Origin: Lama guanicoe
Taxonomy: Eukaryota
DNA length: 64,000 bases
Direction of reading: 5' to 3'
NCBI GenBank assembly: GCA_013239625.1
Contig: MU054400.1
Location: 2,516,282-2,580,281 of the forward strand
In this document: in pieces, positions 1-12,169 of the stretch
How positions within the stretch are numbered: the stretch's first letter is position 1
Layout of the letters: each line of letters opens with the position of its first letter
Position numbers and translations under genes: made by a program
The notes under the pieces: generated by a model
Databases searched by the model: none
What the model saw: the letters and a program-made list of their open reading frames with translations, nothing else
Told to the model about the DNA's origin: nothing

Positions 1-444
1 ATGATTTTTATCTGCTCCCTGTTGTCCTCACCAAAAGAATATTTCATATACTAGAGATTGCTATTTGGATGTATGTACATCTTAACGTAGTTTGATAAAC
101 TGAAAATCTAGTCCTGGGATGACTACAAAACTTAATCTCAATAAACAACTCGAATTACTCCGGTCATCCAAGAGAGGGAAAAAAAGCAATAATGTATATT
201 TGAAGTAGAAAATACTTTGGGATGTTTCACCAACCAAATCACCTCTGTAGTTAGATTTTGCTTTTCAACACTCCCACTGTACAGCAAGTACTAGGCAAGG
301 CCAGGCATAGAATCTGCTGCCACCTGGGTAACACCCACCTGTGACTTAAGATTACTTGGCTGTCTGTATCACCTTAGTTAGAATCCTGGGAAAGAAGAAT
401 TTGGCACAAGGGTGGGCCAGTAAAAGAAAAGGGAAGAGAGCCAG

Positions 445-650
445 CGTCTGCTGAACACTGCTGTGTGCCTTTTAGGTACTTAGATTATTTCCACTTCATC
501 TTTGTAACAACTCTGTAAATGAGGTTTCAGTAGCCCCATTTCTTGGATGAAACACCTGAGACGCAGGGAGACAAAGTGACTTTTCCAAGAGCATAACTAA
601 TTCGTGGCAAAGTCATAATTTGAGGCCACGTCTCTGAAATCTAGTCATGT
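445..650 (-). mobile_element. MIR SINE, degraded
   Basis: Antisense MIR core: ccccatttcttggatgaaacacctgagacgcagggagacaaagtgacttttccaag. Confidence 0.7.
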
Positions 651-909
651 CAAGAGCTAAGCTCTGGGAAGAAATAAAGCCCAAGGGAGGCACCACTGAG
701 CTGATACCCCAAAGAGTTCATTTTATTAGTGGGGAAAGCAAACTTTAACCAAGGTAAATGCAAAAAGGTTGATCAAATGGGAAAACAAGAAGGTTGTCAG
801 GACCCAGAGTTTAATCTATCTCTGTACTTAGAGATCCTTAAAAAATGTGCCAGTGCTTAACCGAGGTGTCTTGAAGGCCGGTCCACGCTGTTCAGCCCCT
901 GGCAAGAAC

Positions 910-1062
910 CAGGGCTGGGAGGAAGCAAAGAGCCTGGGGTGCACGTTTTAAGAGGACACTCACTCTCAGTGTCATCCAAGTACACGGTTAGCACCTGAGA
1001 TTGAGGCCTTCTTAAATTTTGCACCTTAGGCACCTTGCCTGGCTCGCCCTGCTCCTGGCCCC
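910..1062. mobile_element. MER96-like palindromic hAT MITE
   Basis: Internally palindromic (ggtgcacgttttaagaggacactcactctcag ... ctgagattgaggccttcttaaattttgcacc); ends cagggc / ggccccg. Confidence 0.7.
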
Positions 1063-1523
1063 GCCAAGAACAACCCATGAGTCTGTTTTGGATGAGTGTA
1101 AGCTGGTCGTAGTTGAGCATGTTGGCTCTGAGCTCTATACAGCTCTCAGCCTAGGGTTTGCCTCTTACTAGCACTAACTAGCTGGAACCTCAGGCGTGTT
1201 ACTTGTGAGTAACCTCTCGAAGCATCTCTTGTTACTTGAAAAGTGAGGTTCATAGTTGCGCCTGTCTTTTAGTGGGCTCACTGTGGGGGTTTGATGGGGG
1301 ACTGGCACTGTGTAGGGAGAACACATACACTCACGATTCCGGGGCAAATGTGCCAGTAGCTGCCTCCAAAGGCAGCCCAGGGGAAACATGCTCTGTCCCT
1401 TTTCATGGATGAGAAAACAAGACATGGGACTGGTGGGTGGTTTTGCATGGTGAGTAAATAAGGTTGCTACTGGAAAAAGACTGTTGTGATCCTTGGAAAA
1501 GAGAACACTCAGATACGCTTTCT

Positions 1524-1806
1524 TCACCATTTCACAACCATCACGGCAAGAATCATGAATGGAGGCTAAAACTGGTGGCTGGCAGAATTTGATGAGAAAG
1601 ACATTTACGTAGCCAATCGGTATCTCCCGATATTAATCGAAGAAAAAGGATAATAGAAACTTTGCAATGGGGAAACCTGGAAGACACCACCTTACCCAAA
1701 CTGTCGCCAGGAACGGGGAAAAGTGACATTCAGTGCCTCCTGATAAAATGCACTGAGGAGGACACAACACCACTTTGGTGGTGTTCCTGCTCCAAATGCA
1801 CAAACA
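1524..1806 (+). mobile_element. Old L1 (L1MC/L1ME) 3' UTR fragment B
   Basis: caccatttcacaaccatc...ggaaacctggaagacaccacctta...gtgcctcctgataaaatgcactgag resembles L1MC4/5-type 3' UTR. Confidence 0.75.
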
Positions 1807-2761
1807 CATGGCCTGGCCACTTACCACCCCAGAAGCTCTAACTTATATTTTTTAAGTCTCTGAAGCTATATATTATCCCATGTATTTCCCCCCAAGTGGT
1901 GAAACACAGATTCCATACAAATTGTATTGTTTATATTCATGGTTGGGATGGCAGGGTTGGGATGGATTTATTAAAAACAACAACAAAAACAACAACAATT
2001 CTGCTATCAAAAAGGGTTAAGAATTTTGGCATAGGGGTTTCCTCTTGTTCTTACATAACATATCCCTAAGGTGGTAAGATTTGTCATTATTAGGTCAAGC
2101 TATATGGCTCAGAATTATAGATGCCAAGTAACTATCAGTGACATTGAATTTTAAGAACTTAAAAGATGTACCCCAAATGTAGTTGTTGTCCTCAAAAATT
2201 GCTCTAAGTCTAAAAGTAAATGTCTAAACATCTTGAGCTCACTTACATTTTCAGCCTCATCCATCACTACCCAGTTATTTCACACATTGGTGGAAGCTTG
2301 AGGTAGTATCTCTGCTCTTAAGCCAGTTGACAGAACATCTGGAAGTTGTAGAATTATTTGGGAAAGCTGGGTAACACTGATATTTAATTCTATTCAATCT
2401 GCTGCGCTGGAAACAACCCGAGCAGGAAAGGACTACGTCCTACATACGCAAAGTAGGAATCACATTCACAAACACACAAGGCAGGGAGCTGTCGCAAACC
2501 ACCCAGTCCTCTTGCCAGCCCACCTCTAGGTGAAGACACTGACTGTCTTGTGCACCACAGAATCCCCTGGAGGCAGCAGGGGGTAGCTAATCTTGGAGCT
2601 CTGGAGACCAGGGTCTCAGCTTCTAAATACTATTTCCTTAAAAGGAACCAGACAGGTGCACCTATGACTTCCTCTGCTGAAAACAAGGGAGTTTTTCAAC
2701 TTGAGGTTGTATTTAAAAGAGTGATCTGGCTTCAAAGGTCTTCAAAGTCAGGACGATTTTA

Positions 2762-3040
2762 ACATCAAAAAAAACTATGTTTATAGTGGAAACAAATCAA
2801 ATCTATGAAAATTCATGAGTGCTTAACCATTCTTAAAAGAGAAAACTCTAGAAAAATCCTCGGTATTTATCACCACTTAAGCAGGTTTAATTCTTTACTG
2901 TGAAAGTTAAGGAGCAAAGTAAGCGTTTATATTAGCCGGTAGGAACTGCGTTTCAAGGTAACCAAATAGCCCCAAGTGATGAGAAACTACGCTTTATATA
3001 ATGCCAGAAGCAAATATAAAAGGAATGACAGGATCTGAAG
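2762..3040 (+). mobile_element. Old L1 (L1MC/L1ME) 3' UTR fragment A
   Basis: aaattcatgagt...tttcaaggtaaccaaatagcccc...aatgccagaagcaaatataaaaggaatgacag. Confidence 0.65.
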
Positions 3041-3324
3041 CATGATTTGGAGACCTCTTGAGCAAAGATGATCTGTTTGTATGAAATAACTGAGTGGACA
3101 GTTGGCGAGGTGCTGGACATCATATGGAGCCAAGGTCACGGCGCACAGGTGACATACCGGCATGGAGGACCATGAAACAGCAGAACAGAGAGATCTGGTC
3201 AATTCCAGTCCAGATGAGCAATTTGCTTTAAGCAGGTCCACCAGCTATTACAAGCTCCTGACATGGGACAATACAAAGTACACATTACTTCTGTTTTTGC
3301 ACAGGGATGTCTTAGTATCTTTTT

Positions 3325-3525
3325 TCTCGAGAGCTCTGAAGTTAGACTGCCTGGTTCTCACACGTATTTCCCCTCGTCAGCACTGGGCCCTTGAGCAGGG
3401 TATGCAATGTCTCAGAGCCTCAGTCTTCTAGACTGCTTAGGGTTTTGTGAGACCTAATAAGAATATTTGTGAAATTGTTGGATCAGAGCCTGGCAATTTC
3501 AACACTCAATATATTAGCTGTTGTT
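3325..3525 (+). mobile_element. MIR SINE
   Basis: gctctgaagttagactgcctgg...ctcagagcctcagt...ttagctgttgttgttg tail. Confidence 0.65.
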
Positions 3526-3994
3526 GTTGTAAATGCTACAGCTGTTAATAGCTCTGTATGTCTATACATAATCTCCCTTTCCCTGCCCTCATCCCAGTCC
3601 AGCCCTCAAGATTCTAGACTTACAGCCAGGTAAGTCTGAGAACCCATCAAGGTGTTAGGATCCAGGTTCCAGCCCTTCCCATTGTTAACCCACCTGCAGG
3701 ACCTGAATGAGTCACTCAAAGGCTCTGACCCTCAGTTTCCCCACCATGAGCCTGGCAGAGAGTGGGCAGGGTGAAGGGGACCTCAAATGTGTGGGTGTTA
3801 AGCTATCATTTAGCATGAGCATGTTCTAAAACCTAGGACACAATCATATAAGATAAAATGTGATGTTTCTCCCACTCAATGGGCAGGTCACTGGCTTTAT
3901 TTTTCTTACACCTTCCAAAGTAACACTGAAGGCTGCCTTTCTAGGGTCTAGTGAACAAATATTTGTTTGCTAAATCCTTTAAATTAAAAAAACT

Positions 3995-4119
3995 TTTATC
4001 TTTTTATTTATTTTTTGTTGTTGGGGGGGTAATTATTTATTTAAATGGAGGTACTGGGGATTGAACCCAGGACCTCGTGCATGCTAGGCATGCGATCCAC
4101 CACTGAGCTATAACCTCCC
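3995..4119 (-). mobile_element. tRNA-Ala(AGC)-derived SINE (camelid Vic-1 type)
   Basis: Minus strand reads gggaggttatagctcagtgg (A box)...ctagcat...gggttcaatcccc (B box)...acctcca, then taattacccccc and an A-rich tail. Confidence 0.9.
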
Positions 4120-4164
4120 AAATTTGTTTATAATCATAATTCTTATTCCATAAGAAAAGTTCCA

Positions 4165-4355
4165 TAGCACTGTCCCCTTATAAAACAATATAATGTACTT
4201 GTTTGCACAATTGACTATGCTGGTTGCCTGCTTCCGTTAGACTATAAGCTCCATGAGGCAGAGATCTTTGTTTTGTTCATTGACACCCCCCCCCCAGCAC
4301 CTACAACAGTGCCTGACACACAGTAAATGTTTGGCACATATTGGTTTAATTATTC
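4165..4355 (+). mobile_element. L2 3' end
   Basis: tagactataagctccatgaggcagagatctttgttttgttcattg...acagtgcctgacacacagta. Confidence 0.8.
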
Positions 4356-4984
4356 AAAAAACTTCCTAAGTTATCAGCTTGGATATTGATTTTTTTTTTT
4401 TTTAGAATATAGGGCTTAGGTCCTGTAAAATGGCTATATTCACTTGTCTCCATCCAAGACCGTCTTGAGTCAGGGAAGCGTCAGAGCTGTGTAAGAACTT
4501 TGTAAGTACATACAATGCGTGTCATTCTACATGGCAGGCTGGGTTTTCCCCATGACTCTCCCTGTGCTGTGTAGTCACAGGAAGTGAGGATTCCCAACCC
4601 TGTCTCTCCTTGTTCTCTCTAAATGGGGGCAGCTAATCACAAAGGAGCCTATCAGTGCTGAAGTCTTGGTACTCCGGCGGAGGGTAGGGAAGAGACCAGG
4701 GAGTGCAGACTACACTTAGCACAGCCTTGGCAGATGGCACAGACAGGCAGGGCTTGCCCCAGGCAGAGCTGCCTGGTAAAAAGGGGTGTCACCCCACTGT
4801 GAACCCCAGTGGAGCACCTGCCCTGTCCAGGCCCTTAATAGCTCAAGACGCTTGCAAGTTAAACACTGTGTCCTGGGTCACACAGCTAGAACCCGCTGGA
4901 GCCAGACAACTCAGTCTAGGCTGTCTGCCTTGAAGCCTTGGGTTGTTCCCACTCTTCTCCAGCTTTTGGCATCTCCAGCTCCTA

Positions 4985-5095
4985 AACAAATATTTACTAA
5001 GAACCTGTCATGAACCAGGCACTATTCTAGACACTTGGAATTCATCAGTGAACAAAACAAAGATCCATGTATTGATCTATGGGACTTGGAATGCA
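4985..5095 (-). mobile_element. L2 3' end
   Basis: aacaaatatttactaagaacctg...ccaggcactattctagacac...cagtgaacaaaacaaag. Confidence 0.75.
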
Positions 5096-5439
5096 AGATG
5101 AAGAGCCGGAGACCATGCCAAGAATTTGCCTTGAGCTCTTGCCTTGGGGGCTGAGACAGAAGTCCCGCTCATTCAGCTTCTGCAGAGGCACCTTCTGCTT
5201 CTCCCCCGTCTCACCTGAATATTCTGAACACAAGCCGGCCTTAATACGAAAACCTGTTCTCCAGATGGAGCCTTATCCGTCCTTGCAGCTCTGTGGAGGC
5301 TTAATCTCAGTCCCTGGTTCAAGAATGGTTATTTCAAGCATAGTAAACAAGTGCAGGATATTTTGGTAGGGAGAGTTGGCAGTAGAGCTCCTTAAACAGG
5401 AGACAGGAAGCAATCAGGTGATAATAAGGGGGGCTGGTT

Positions 5440-5705
5440 TACCTGAAAGTGTCTGTGGCATCGCTACAGATCAGATCGGAAGGATTGGAGTTAAATTTGT
5501 GACAGTGATCGCCTCTTCAGAGAAAGAGACGAAAGGCTGGCTCAGTGGCCAACGGGATCTTTGATGGCAGAGTTGTTAATCTGTGTGCGCTATTTTGATT
5601 CTTTAACCAAAAATGTTGTAAAGCAAACTGGATTGAAAGCTAGTGGTCAGTTCTGACTGGTGGGAACAATGGCTGTTTATTATTCTGCATTCTTGCATTT
5701 TCTGT
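5440..5705 (+). mobile_element. L1ME-type 3' end, degraded
   Basis: ggaaggat...gtgacagtgatcgcctct...aagcaaa...tgtttattattctgcattc. Confidence 0.45.
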
Positions 5706-5729
5706 GCAGCGAGTGTATGGATTCAGATG

Positions 5730-5900
5730 AGGTGGCAGTGGTTAAAAACAGGTTACCTGGGCTTATTTCCAGCCCCGTCACTTATTAGCAGTGTAATCCT
5801 GGGCAACAACTCAGCCAACCTCTCTTTATTCATATGTTATAAAGGTTGAGTGAGTTGATAGGGAAGTAGTTCGACTAATGGTTGGCACGTAGTCAGAAGT
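5730..5900 (+). mobile_element. MIR SINE
   Basis: gtggttaaaaacagg...ccagccccgtcacttattagcagtgtaatcctgggcaa. Confidence 0.65.
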
Positions 5901-5927
5901 ATCGAAGCATGAACGGTTGCTGTTCCT

Positions 5928-6059
5928 TTTTTCGGGGAGTGGGTAATTAGGTTTGTTTGTTTGTTTGTTTATTTATGTTTTTAACGGAGGTACAGGGGAT
6001 TGAACCCAGGACCTCGTGCTTGCTAAGTACACACTCTACCGCTGAGCTATACCCTCCCC
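5928..6059 (-). mobile_element. tRNA-Ala-derived SINE (Vic-1 type)
   Basis: tRNA-Ala-like head with A/B boxes, (TTTG)n tail, degenerate TSD cggttgctgttcct (5914) / ctgttactgttctt (6061). Confidence 0.9.
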
Positions 6060-7849
6060 TCTGTTACTGTTCTTATAACTGAGACTTATAAATACTTATA
6101 AATTAATCAACAAGAAAAAAGATGCATAGGATTTTCTAACTGCATAGAAATCTTGCAATCTTGATCCAAGAAGTTCTGCGAAGGCCCCAGGACTTCCTCG
6201 ATGTGGGCCTGGTGTGGGGAGCGCAGCAGGAGACCCAGATCTGAGCAGGAAGTGGAAGGTAGCCCAGAAACGTGGACGCCCAGGGCACCTGCTTGAGTCC
6301 GCTCAGTGACATCCAGGAAAAAAGGACGCTTCCTTGTGATTCCAAGAGGAATTAGTAACTTGTGTACAAGAAGCATTAATTCTAAGAAGCAAGGCACAAG
6401 GCTGTTTTGACACCTCCTGTACAATAAGGCTTTTTCTTAAAAAAAAAAAAGTTTCCTTGATGATCTTTTCATCCATTTTCCAGTTATAACCTACATGTGC
6501 AGTGGATTAGCTTCAATGCAGATGTGGATTATTTCAACGCATGCATATTTTTAAAGTTGGGTAGTAGTTTTTTTTCCCTCCTTTAATTCATTTATAAACC
6601 AAACACATTCCTGCTATCTTTGCTGAGAGGAAATTATACCTTGTTTGTATATTGCCTCTAAGGGCAATAACTTTTCCCAACAAGTTTATTAACTTCTGAT
6701 TTTGCATGTAAAATAGAAAAACAGCTAAAATTTGAATGTTTAAAGGAAAAAATGTATGAAGCCATGTCTGGCCATTAGCATAACTGACACCATCTTGGGC
6801 CCTTACAGTTCCTCCTTTCCTTCCATGGACCCTACACAGAACTGCACTGGGCAGAGAAGTATAAATTGCTTCTCTGTGTCAAGGGCTTTGCAGATAAAAA
6901 ATCATCAGGTCCAGGTGGCCTGTATGCACTGTTAGTCTCCGAACAATAGTGAAGACCGTGGGTGATGTATTCCCGGCGCCCATAAGACTAGTTACCCATT
7001 CAGTCATCCTGACTCAGGAATGCATGTCCTGTTTCCAAGCACCTACCCTCATGCCCTAGGTTAACTACTGGATTGTCCCAGTGGTCCCTCAGCAGTGCGG
7101 AGAGCACCTGTGAGGGCTTCCGGATCGCTGTCTGCCTGATCCTGACCTGGAAGTAAGTTACTCTGTAATAAATTGATCCGTTGATTATACGGAGCTGCCT
7201 GCCTTGTTTTTTGGTCTCAAGATGCCTTCCCAGTTTGGTGGGCACTTTTCATTCCCTCTCTCCTCCACCGATCCACAGAGACCAAGCCATAATTCTCTCT
7301 TTAACTCATGTCTGTCTCCCTTTTATTTTCCCTCTCCACTCACTGCCCTCTCAGATCTCCTCCCTCTTTCTTCACAGTGTTCCGTTCGCAAACAGGACTT
7401 TCATTTCTCAGGAGACTTGAGCTGACTAAATAAATATTGGTTCCTGGTTATTTGTCCCTGTAGAAGTATTTCAGGTGTGCACAATACTCAGTGCCACTCT
7501 GTGGATAGTGACCTCAGATATGATCAGACCCGTAACAAGAAGGGGCTGCTCTCACTAAGTCCACTTCATCTGGAGGTCACATCTCGGCTCCTTGTGCCCG
7601 ATCACCCTACAGAATCCTCATGCATTCAGGTCGCTGGTGACTCTTTCTCATTGCAAACCCATAAACCCTGGTCAGTCCTCACTCTGATGCTGAATCTCAG
7701 TCCTCGTTGGTTGCAGTCACCCTGCCCTTCCGCCCCCTCCCCCGGGGCTCCTCATCCCTCAGCCACGCCCTCAGCTGCCTTTGTCACTCCCCTTCCTCCA
7801 CCTTCCACTTGTAGGGTGTTTGTGGCCCTAGGGCTTCCTCCTACCCTAC

Positions 7850-8752
7850 CACAGGTATGTGACTTTCAGAGCTTCCCAGATAAGGTCTATGAATGGACTC
7901 TCCAGAAATCACCCAAACGTTCTGCATGCATGTCCTGATATTGTGATCTATAATAAGAAATACATGTTTGGTTTTCTTTCCCCTTTCCTGGCACAGAGCT
8001 TCTGAAAACCTTGTAAATTCTTAGGCACTAGAAGCACCTTTTGTTCTATTGAGGCAACTCTGGGTGGGCTCTTGGATGGCTTCTGGATGGAGGCTGGTCA
8101 CGGAAGCACCAAGCCATGGAGAATCTTGGAATTTTCAATTCCATCTCCCAGAGGGAGGAGTTAGTAACTGAGCATGAGGAAGCCTCCACAAAAATGCCAA
8201 TAGTATGGTGTTCGGAGAGCTGAATCGGTGAACATATGGAGATGTGGGGAGAGTGATTGGCCCAGGGAGGGCTTGGAGGCTCTGTGCCCCTTCCCACATA
8301 CCTTGTTTTCCACATCTCTTCTTTTGTCATATCCTTTTATAACCAGCTGGTAAACATAAGTAAACTGTTTTCCTGAGTTCTGTGAGATGTTCTAGCAAAT
8401 GAATTGAACCTTGTGAAAGTGCTGTGGGAACCTGATTTATAGCTGGTCAGAAACACAGGTGACTTGCGTTCAGCATCTGAAATGGAAGTGGGGAGGTCTG
8501 GCAGGACAGAGCCCTTACCCTGTGGGATTGGATGCCGTCTCCAGGTAGTGTCAGGACTGAGTTAGACTGTAGGACACACAGACGGCACCTGACATCTGGT
8601 GTCAGAAGTGTTATGAGTGTGGTACTAGTGTGAGAATAAAGGAGAAACACAGGAGGATATTTCTTGTACACATGTCCACACGTGCTTTTCTGGAGAAAGT
8701 GTCTTGAGCTTCCGTCATTATTCTTAAGGATCCATGACCCCAGAAGAACCAG
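7850..8752. mobile_element. hAT-Charlie MITE remnant split by the MER21-like LTR
   Basis: gtgcttttctggagaaagtgtc...ttcttaaggatccatgaccccagaagaacc continues across the LTR. Confidence 0.5.
7936..8672. mobile_element. MER21-like solo LTR
   Basis: TG...CA ends, perfect 5-bp TSD tgtcc (7931-7935 / 8673-8677), start tgatattgtgatctataataagaaatac typical of MER21. Confidence 0.85.
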
Positions 8753-8814
8753 TGGAGAGAGGGTAGGAGGAAATAATTAAAGGATGTAAATAAAGTCCAA
8801 GTTCACAGAAGACA

Positions 8815-9600
8815 GACGCTCCACACCCATATTTGGAAACATCTGCACCTGGCTGTCTCACAGGCTCCTCCAACTCAGCGTGACCAAAACTGAAATCCAC
8901 CCCCAAGACAGGTTCCCAATCCTGTTTTCTTTCTTCTGTATGTGCTATTGCCATACACCCTGCTCCCTAAGTCAGAACCCTGGAGAAAGTTTAGCTTGTT
9001 AATTTAGCCTCACATTGTGCACCCAAGCAATCACCAGTTTTTACCCCTCCATCCCTTCAGTACCTGCCCAGTTCAGACACACCTCCTCTCACCGAGACCA
9101 TAGCCATCACTTACTTGCCAACTTCTAGCCTCTAGTTCTTATTCTAGTTTATCATCACGTGACTTCTCGAGAAGTACTTCACACACGGACAATTTCATCA
9201 TGTCACTCCTCTGCTCGATATTCTTCAATGGCTCTCCATTGCTCACAGGAAAAACCACCTAACCCTGGAAGGTAAGGTCTAGGTCCTAGCCCACCAGATA
9301 CCATTATCTTTCATCCCCAACACAATGTGATCAGCAGAGCTGAACTGCTCAAGGCCTCCAGATCACATTGAACTTTCCCACGCTGCTCTGCACATGCAAT
9401 TTCTCTGTACAGAACATCACCCCCACAACCTCACCTCCCCCTTTATTGTCCACCTGCAATCCACCAGGCAGAGCTCATCCTCAAGCCTCTCCACTCAGGA
9501 CCTCCTCCTTTGTGATGCCTTCCTGGCTTCCCCAGGTTACACAGGCCAGGCTCCTGGGACTGGCCTACCTCTCAGGTACATACTTCCAAGGTTCACACTC
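8815..9600 (+). mobile_element. L2 fragment
   Basis: acatctgcacctggctgtctcacaggc...tcatgtcactcctctgctc...cttcaatggctctccattgc. Confidence 0.75.
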
Positions 9601-10459
9601 CCCTCTCATTGCATTTCCGTTTCATACTGCGTTGAGGTTCTGCATCCATAAATGATTTGCACAAGGTGCCATACTCGCTTTCAGTACAGAGAACCAAAGT
9701 AAGATTAATGGAAAGAACAAAAATAAAGTCTAGACGCAGGAGTCTGGGCAACCGAATCATTCTAAGCCAAAAGGGAGTGAAGAGGCCCAGTGGCCCCTTG
9801 TAAAACTCACATGCAGACTTTACTCAACTTAATTTCATTTGTATCATGGATTCCTCTATTACATGTTGAGATTTATTTTGTGGCTGTGAGGATTAAACAA
9901 GATAGCAAAGTGGTGTTGTACCCAGAGCAAAATGTCCTTTGTAGTGATTATCTGCCATCCTTATTTCCTCTGCTGGTCACTCAAATCCTTGGATGCAAAG
10001 GCTGTGTCTTTTCAGAAGCTTCTCCTCAGAGCCTAGCAGTAGGCAGACAACTTTGTAAGTTCTCCATCAGTGAGAGGTGGCACTGCCTCTTGCTATTAAG
10101 ATTCAGTGAGTTTTTTGAATGAATGTGCAAAATAATGAACTAGAAAGAAGGCATTTTCTAATAATTCATGCCTTTGAGTCAGCAGGGTGCCTACCAGGCA
10201 CTAGACACTCTTCTGAGGGCTGGGCAGAGGACAGGGCTGTGAACCAGCACTGCTGTGAACACCACTCCCTACTGGATCCTCACCGGCAGGGTCCTCGTTT
10301 TCCCATTTCACAGATGAGGCAGCTAAGGACAGATGCATGAGAGAGCTTGCTCGATTTGTTAGAGCTGGTTCAGACCCAGACAGACAAGACTGTGCTCTGA
10401 GCCTCTGTATTGCCCTGCCTCTCTGATCCGGTCCCTGTCCTCTGAAAGCATTCTGTGAA

Positions 10460-10660
10460 GTGCACTTTCTGTTCTAAGATCGTCACATTTATTACCTCCC
10501 TTAATCCTCACAATAACCCCGAGGCAGGATCTATCGTTTCCCCTCTTTTCAGACCAGGAAACAGGCTCAGAGACATTAAGTAACTGGGTTCACAGGATCT
10601 GGCTAATAAATGGTGAAACCAAATGTTGAGCCGGAGCAGACTCTGAAATCCAAACGCGGT
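10460..10660 (-). mobile_element. MIR SINE
   Basis: ttaatcctcacaataacccc...ttttcagaccaggaaacaggctcagagacattaagtaact. Confidence 0.75.
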
Positions 10661-10808
10661 TAACCCACCCTGACATATTGCTTTCCCTTTGACCCAATTA
10701 CTCAGACAAAAGCCGCATAATCAGTGAGACCAACACTCAGAAGTGACACAGTCAGCGAACCAGTTAGGGGCTCTGGGTGAGCCTGGCTCAGAGGATTGCA
10801 GGAGGCTG

Positions 10809-10848
10809 GGGCGTGGCCCGGGTGGGCGTGGCCCGGGTGGGCGTGGCC
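10809..10848 (+). repeat. 15-bp tandem repeat (GGGCGTGGCCCGGGT) x2.7, three KLF/SP sites
   Basis: Exact units at 10809 and 10824, partial unit at 10839. Confidence 0.9.
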
Positions 10849-11599
10849 TGTGTGGAGGGCCCTCAGGGGTGGGACCTGGGTGTTAGGTGGGAAAGTTCAT
10901 GAGGTCCTAGACACCCCAGAAGCCCTTCATAGCGGGCAGAGGAGGGCTAGCTGACTTATCTTTGGAGTGCAGATCTTCCGAACTAGTAGTTCAAGAGAGA
11001 CGTGCGGCTCCTGTATTGAGGGAGGCAGGGGGTCACTGCGGGGCAGAAACAGGCTTCAGCCCCTCACCAGCCGTGTGACCCGGGGTCCTCACCCTCTGTC
11101 TCCGGTGGCCTAGAGGGCTTTATGAGTACATAGGCAATAGACAGTACTTGCTTCTGTGCTGAAAATCTCTAACACATCATTGGTAAGTATTCAGACCCGA
11201 CCACTCTACCAAAAACCCTCTCTTGCCAAATGCAAACGTCTCTTCTTAGATCTCATTCTCTTTTATTTTCTCTGGCCCCTGCCTCTGCCCATGGCTCCAC
11301 TCTTTGCTCGACCCTCTCTCTAGTCTGATACTCTTCATTCCACACACCCTCACACCTCTAGCGGGTGGCTGCTTCAGTAGATGTCACCTTTGTCACTAGA
11401 TTCCCAGCCCCACTATCACCTTTGAGATACTGTCCAAGTCAGCATCTCTGGCCCTGTTCTCTCATTCTAGCCTTGTTTTGATCTCCAGTTGCCACCTTTT
11501 TGTTCCAAGATTCCTCCCCTGTTTCAGAGCATGAGGGACCACACTCTCTGTAATACTTCTCTCAGCTCTAGTCTTTGGTTTGGGGCAGCCAAACAGAAC

Positions 11600-11895
11600 A
11601 CATAAATATTTAAGAATGCACATTTTATATGATCCAACATTCCACTTGTGGGAATCTATCTTACAGAAATACACAAATCCTCAGGAACATAGGGTCCAAG
11701 ATGTGAATTGTGGCTTAATAAAAGAACATTAGAACAGCTTTTGGGTGAAATGGTGAATTATGATATATTCATACCATGAGAGAATAAACAAATTAGAAAA
11801 AGGCACGTCTATGAGAACTGATATAAAAAGATTCTGCAAAGTATGTTAAAAAAAGCAAGCTGCAGAATAATATTTGTACTGTTATCCCATTTCTA
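11600..11895 (+). mobile_element. L1ME4-like 3' fragment
   Basis: tgatccaacattccacttgtgggaatctatc...aaaaagcaagctgcagaataata...atcccattt. Confidence 0.7.
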
Positions 11896-12169
11896 GATGT
11901 GCTTGGGAGAAAGCATGCATATGAATATAAATCAAGGTTTAAACCAGGGTACCGAAATTACAGTGTCTTTGGGACTAACGTGAAATCTCCTGACATGTAT
12001 ATCAGAGCCTAAGAATAAATGACAGGGCCTCATTTTAAAGTATTAAATTGCAAAAACTTTAAAGAGTCATCTCATGTTAAATCTCTATGGGTGTGGAGGA
12101 GATAGAGTTCCTGGAGTAGGAAGGAATCTAAAACCTACAAGGTCTTTGTGGCTAGAGTGGCAGAAAACA

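Noticed and set aside
140..145. AATAAA as the 3' end of an upstream gene
   Set aside because: Isolated hexamer with no clear GU-rich downstream element; cannot be supported
2299..2308. let-7-like TGAGGTAGTA
   Set aside because: Only 10 nt match and no precursor hairpin
4046..4119. tRNA-Ala gene (also ~5985-6059 and ~21824-21898)
   Set aside because: A-rich tails, TSDs and stem mismatches indicate SINE copies, not tRNA genes
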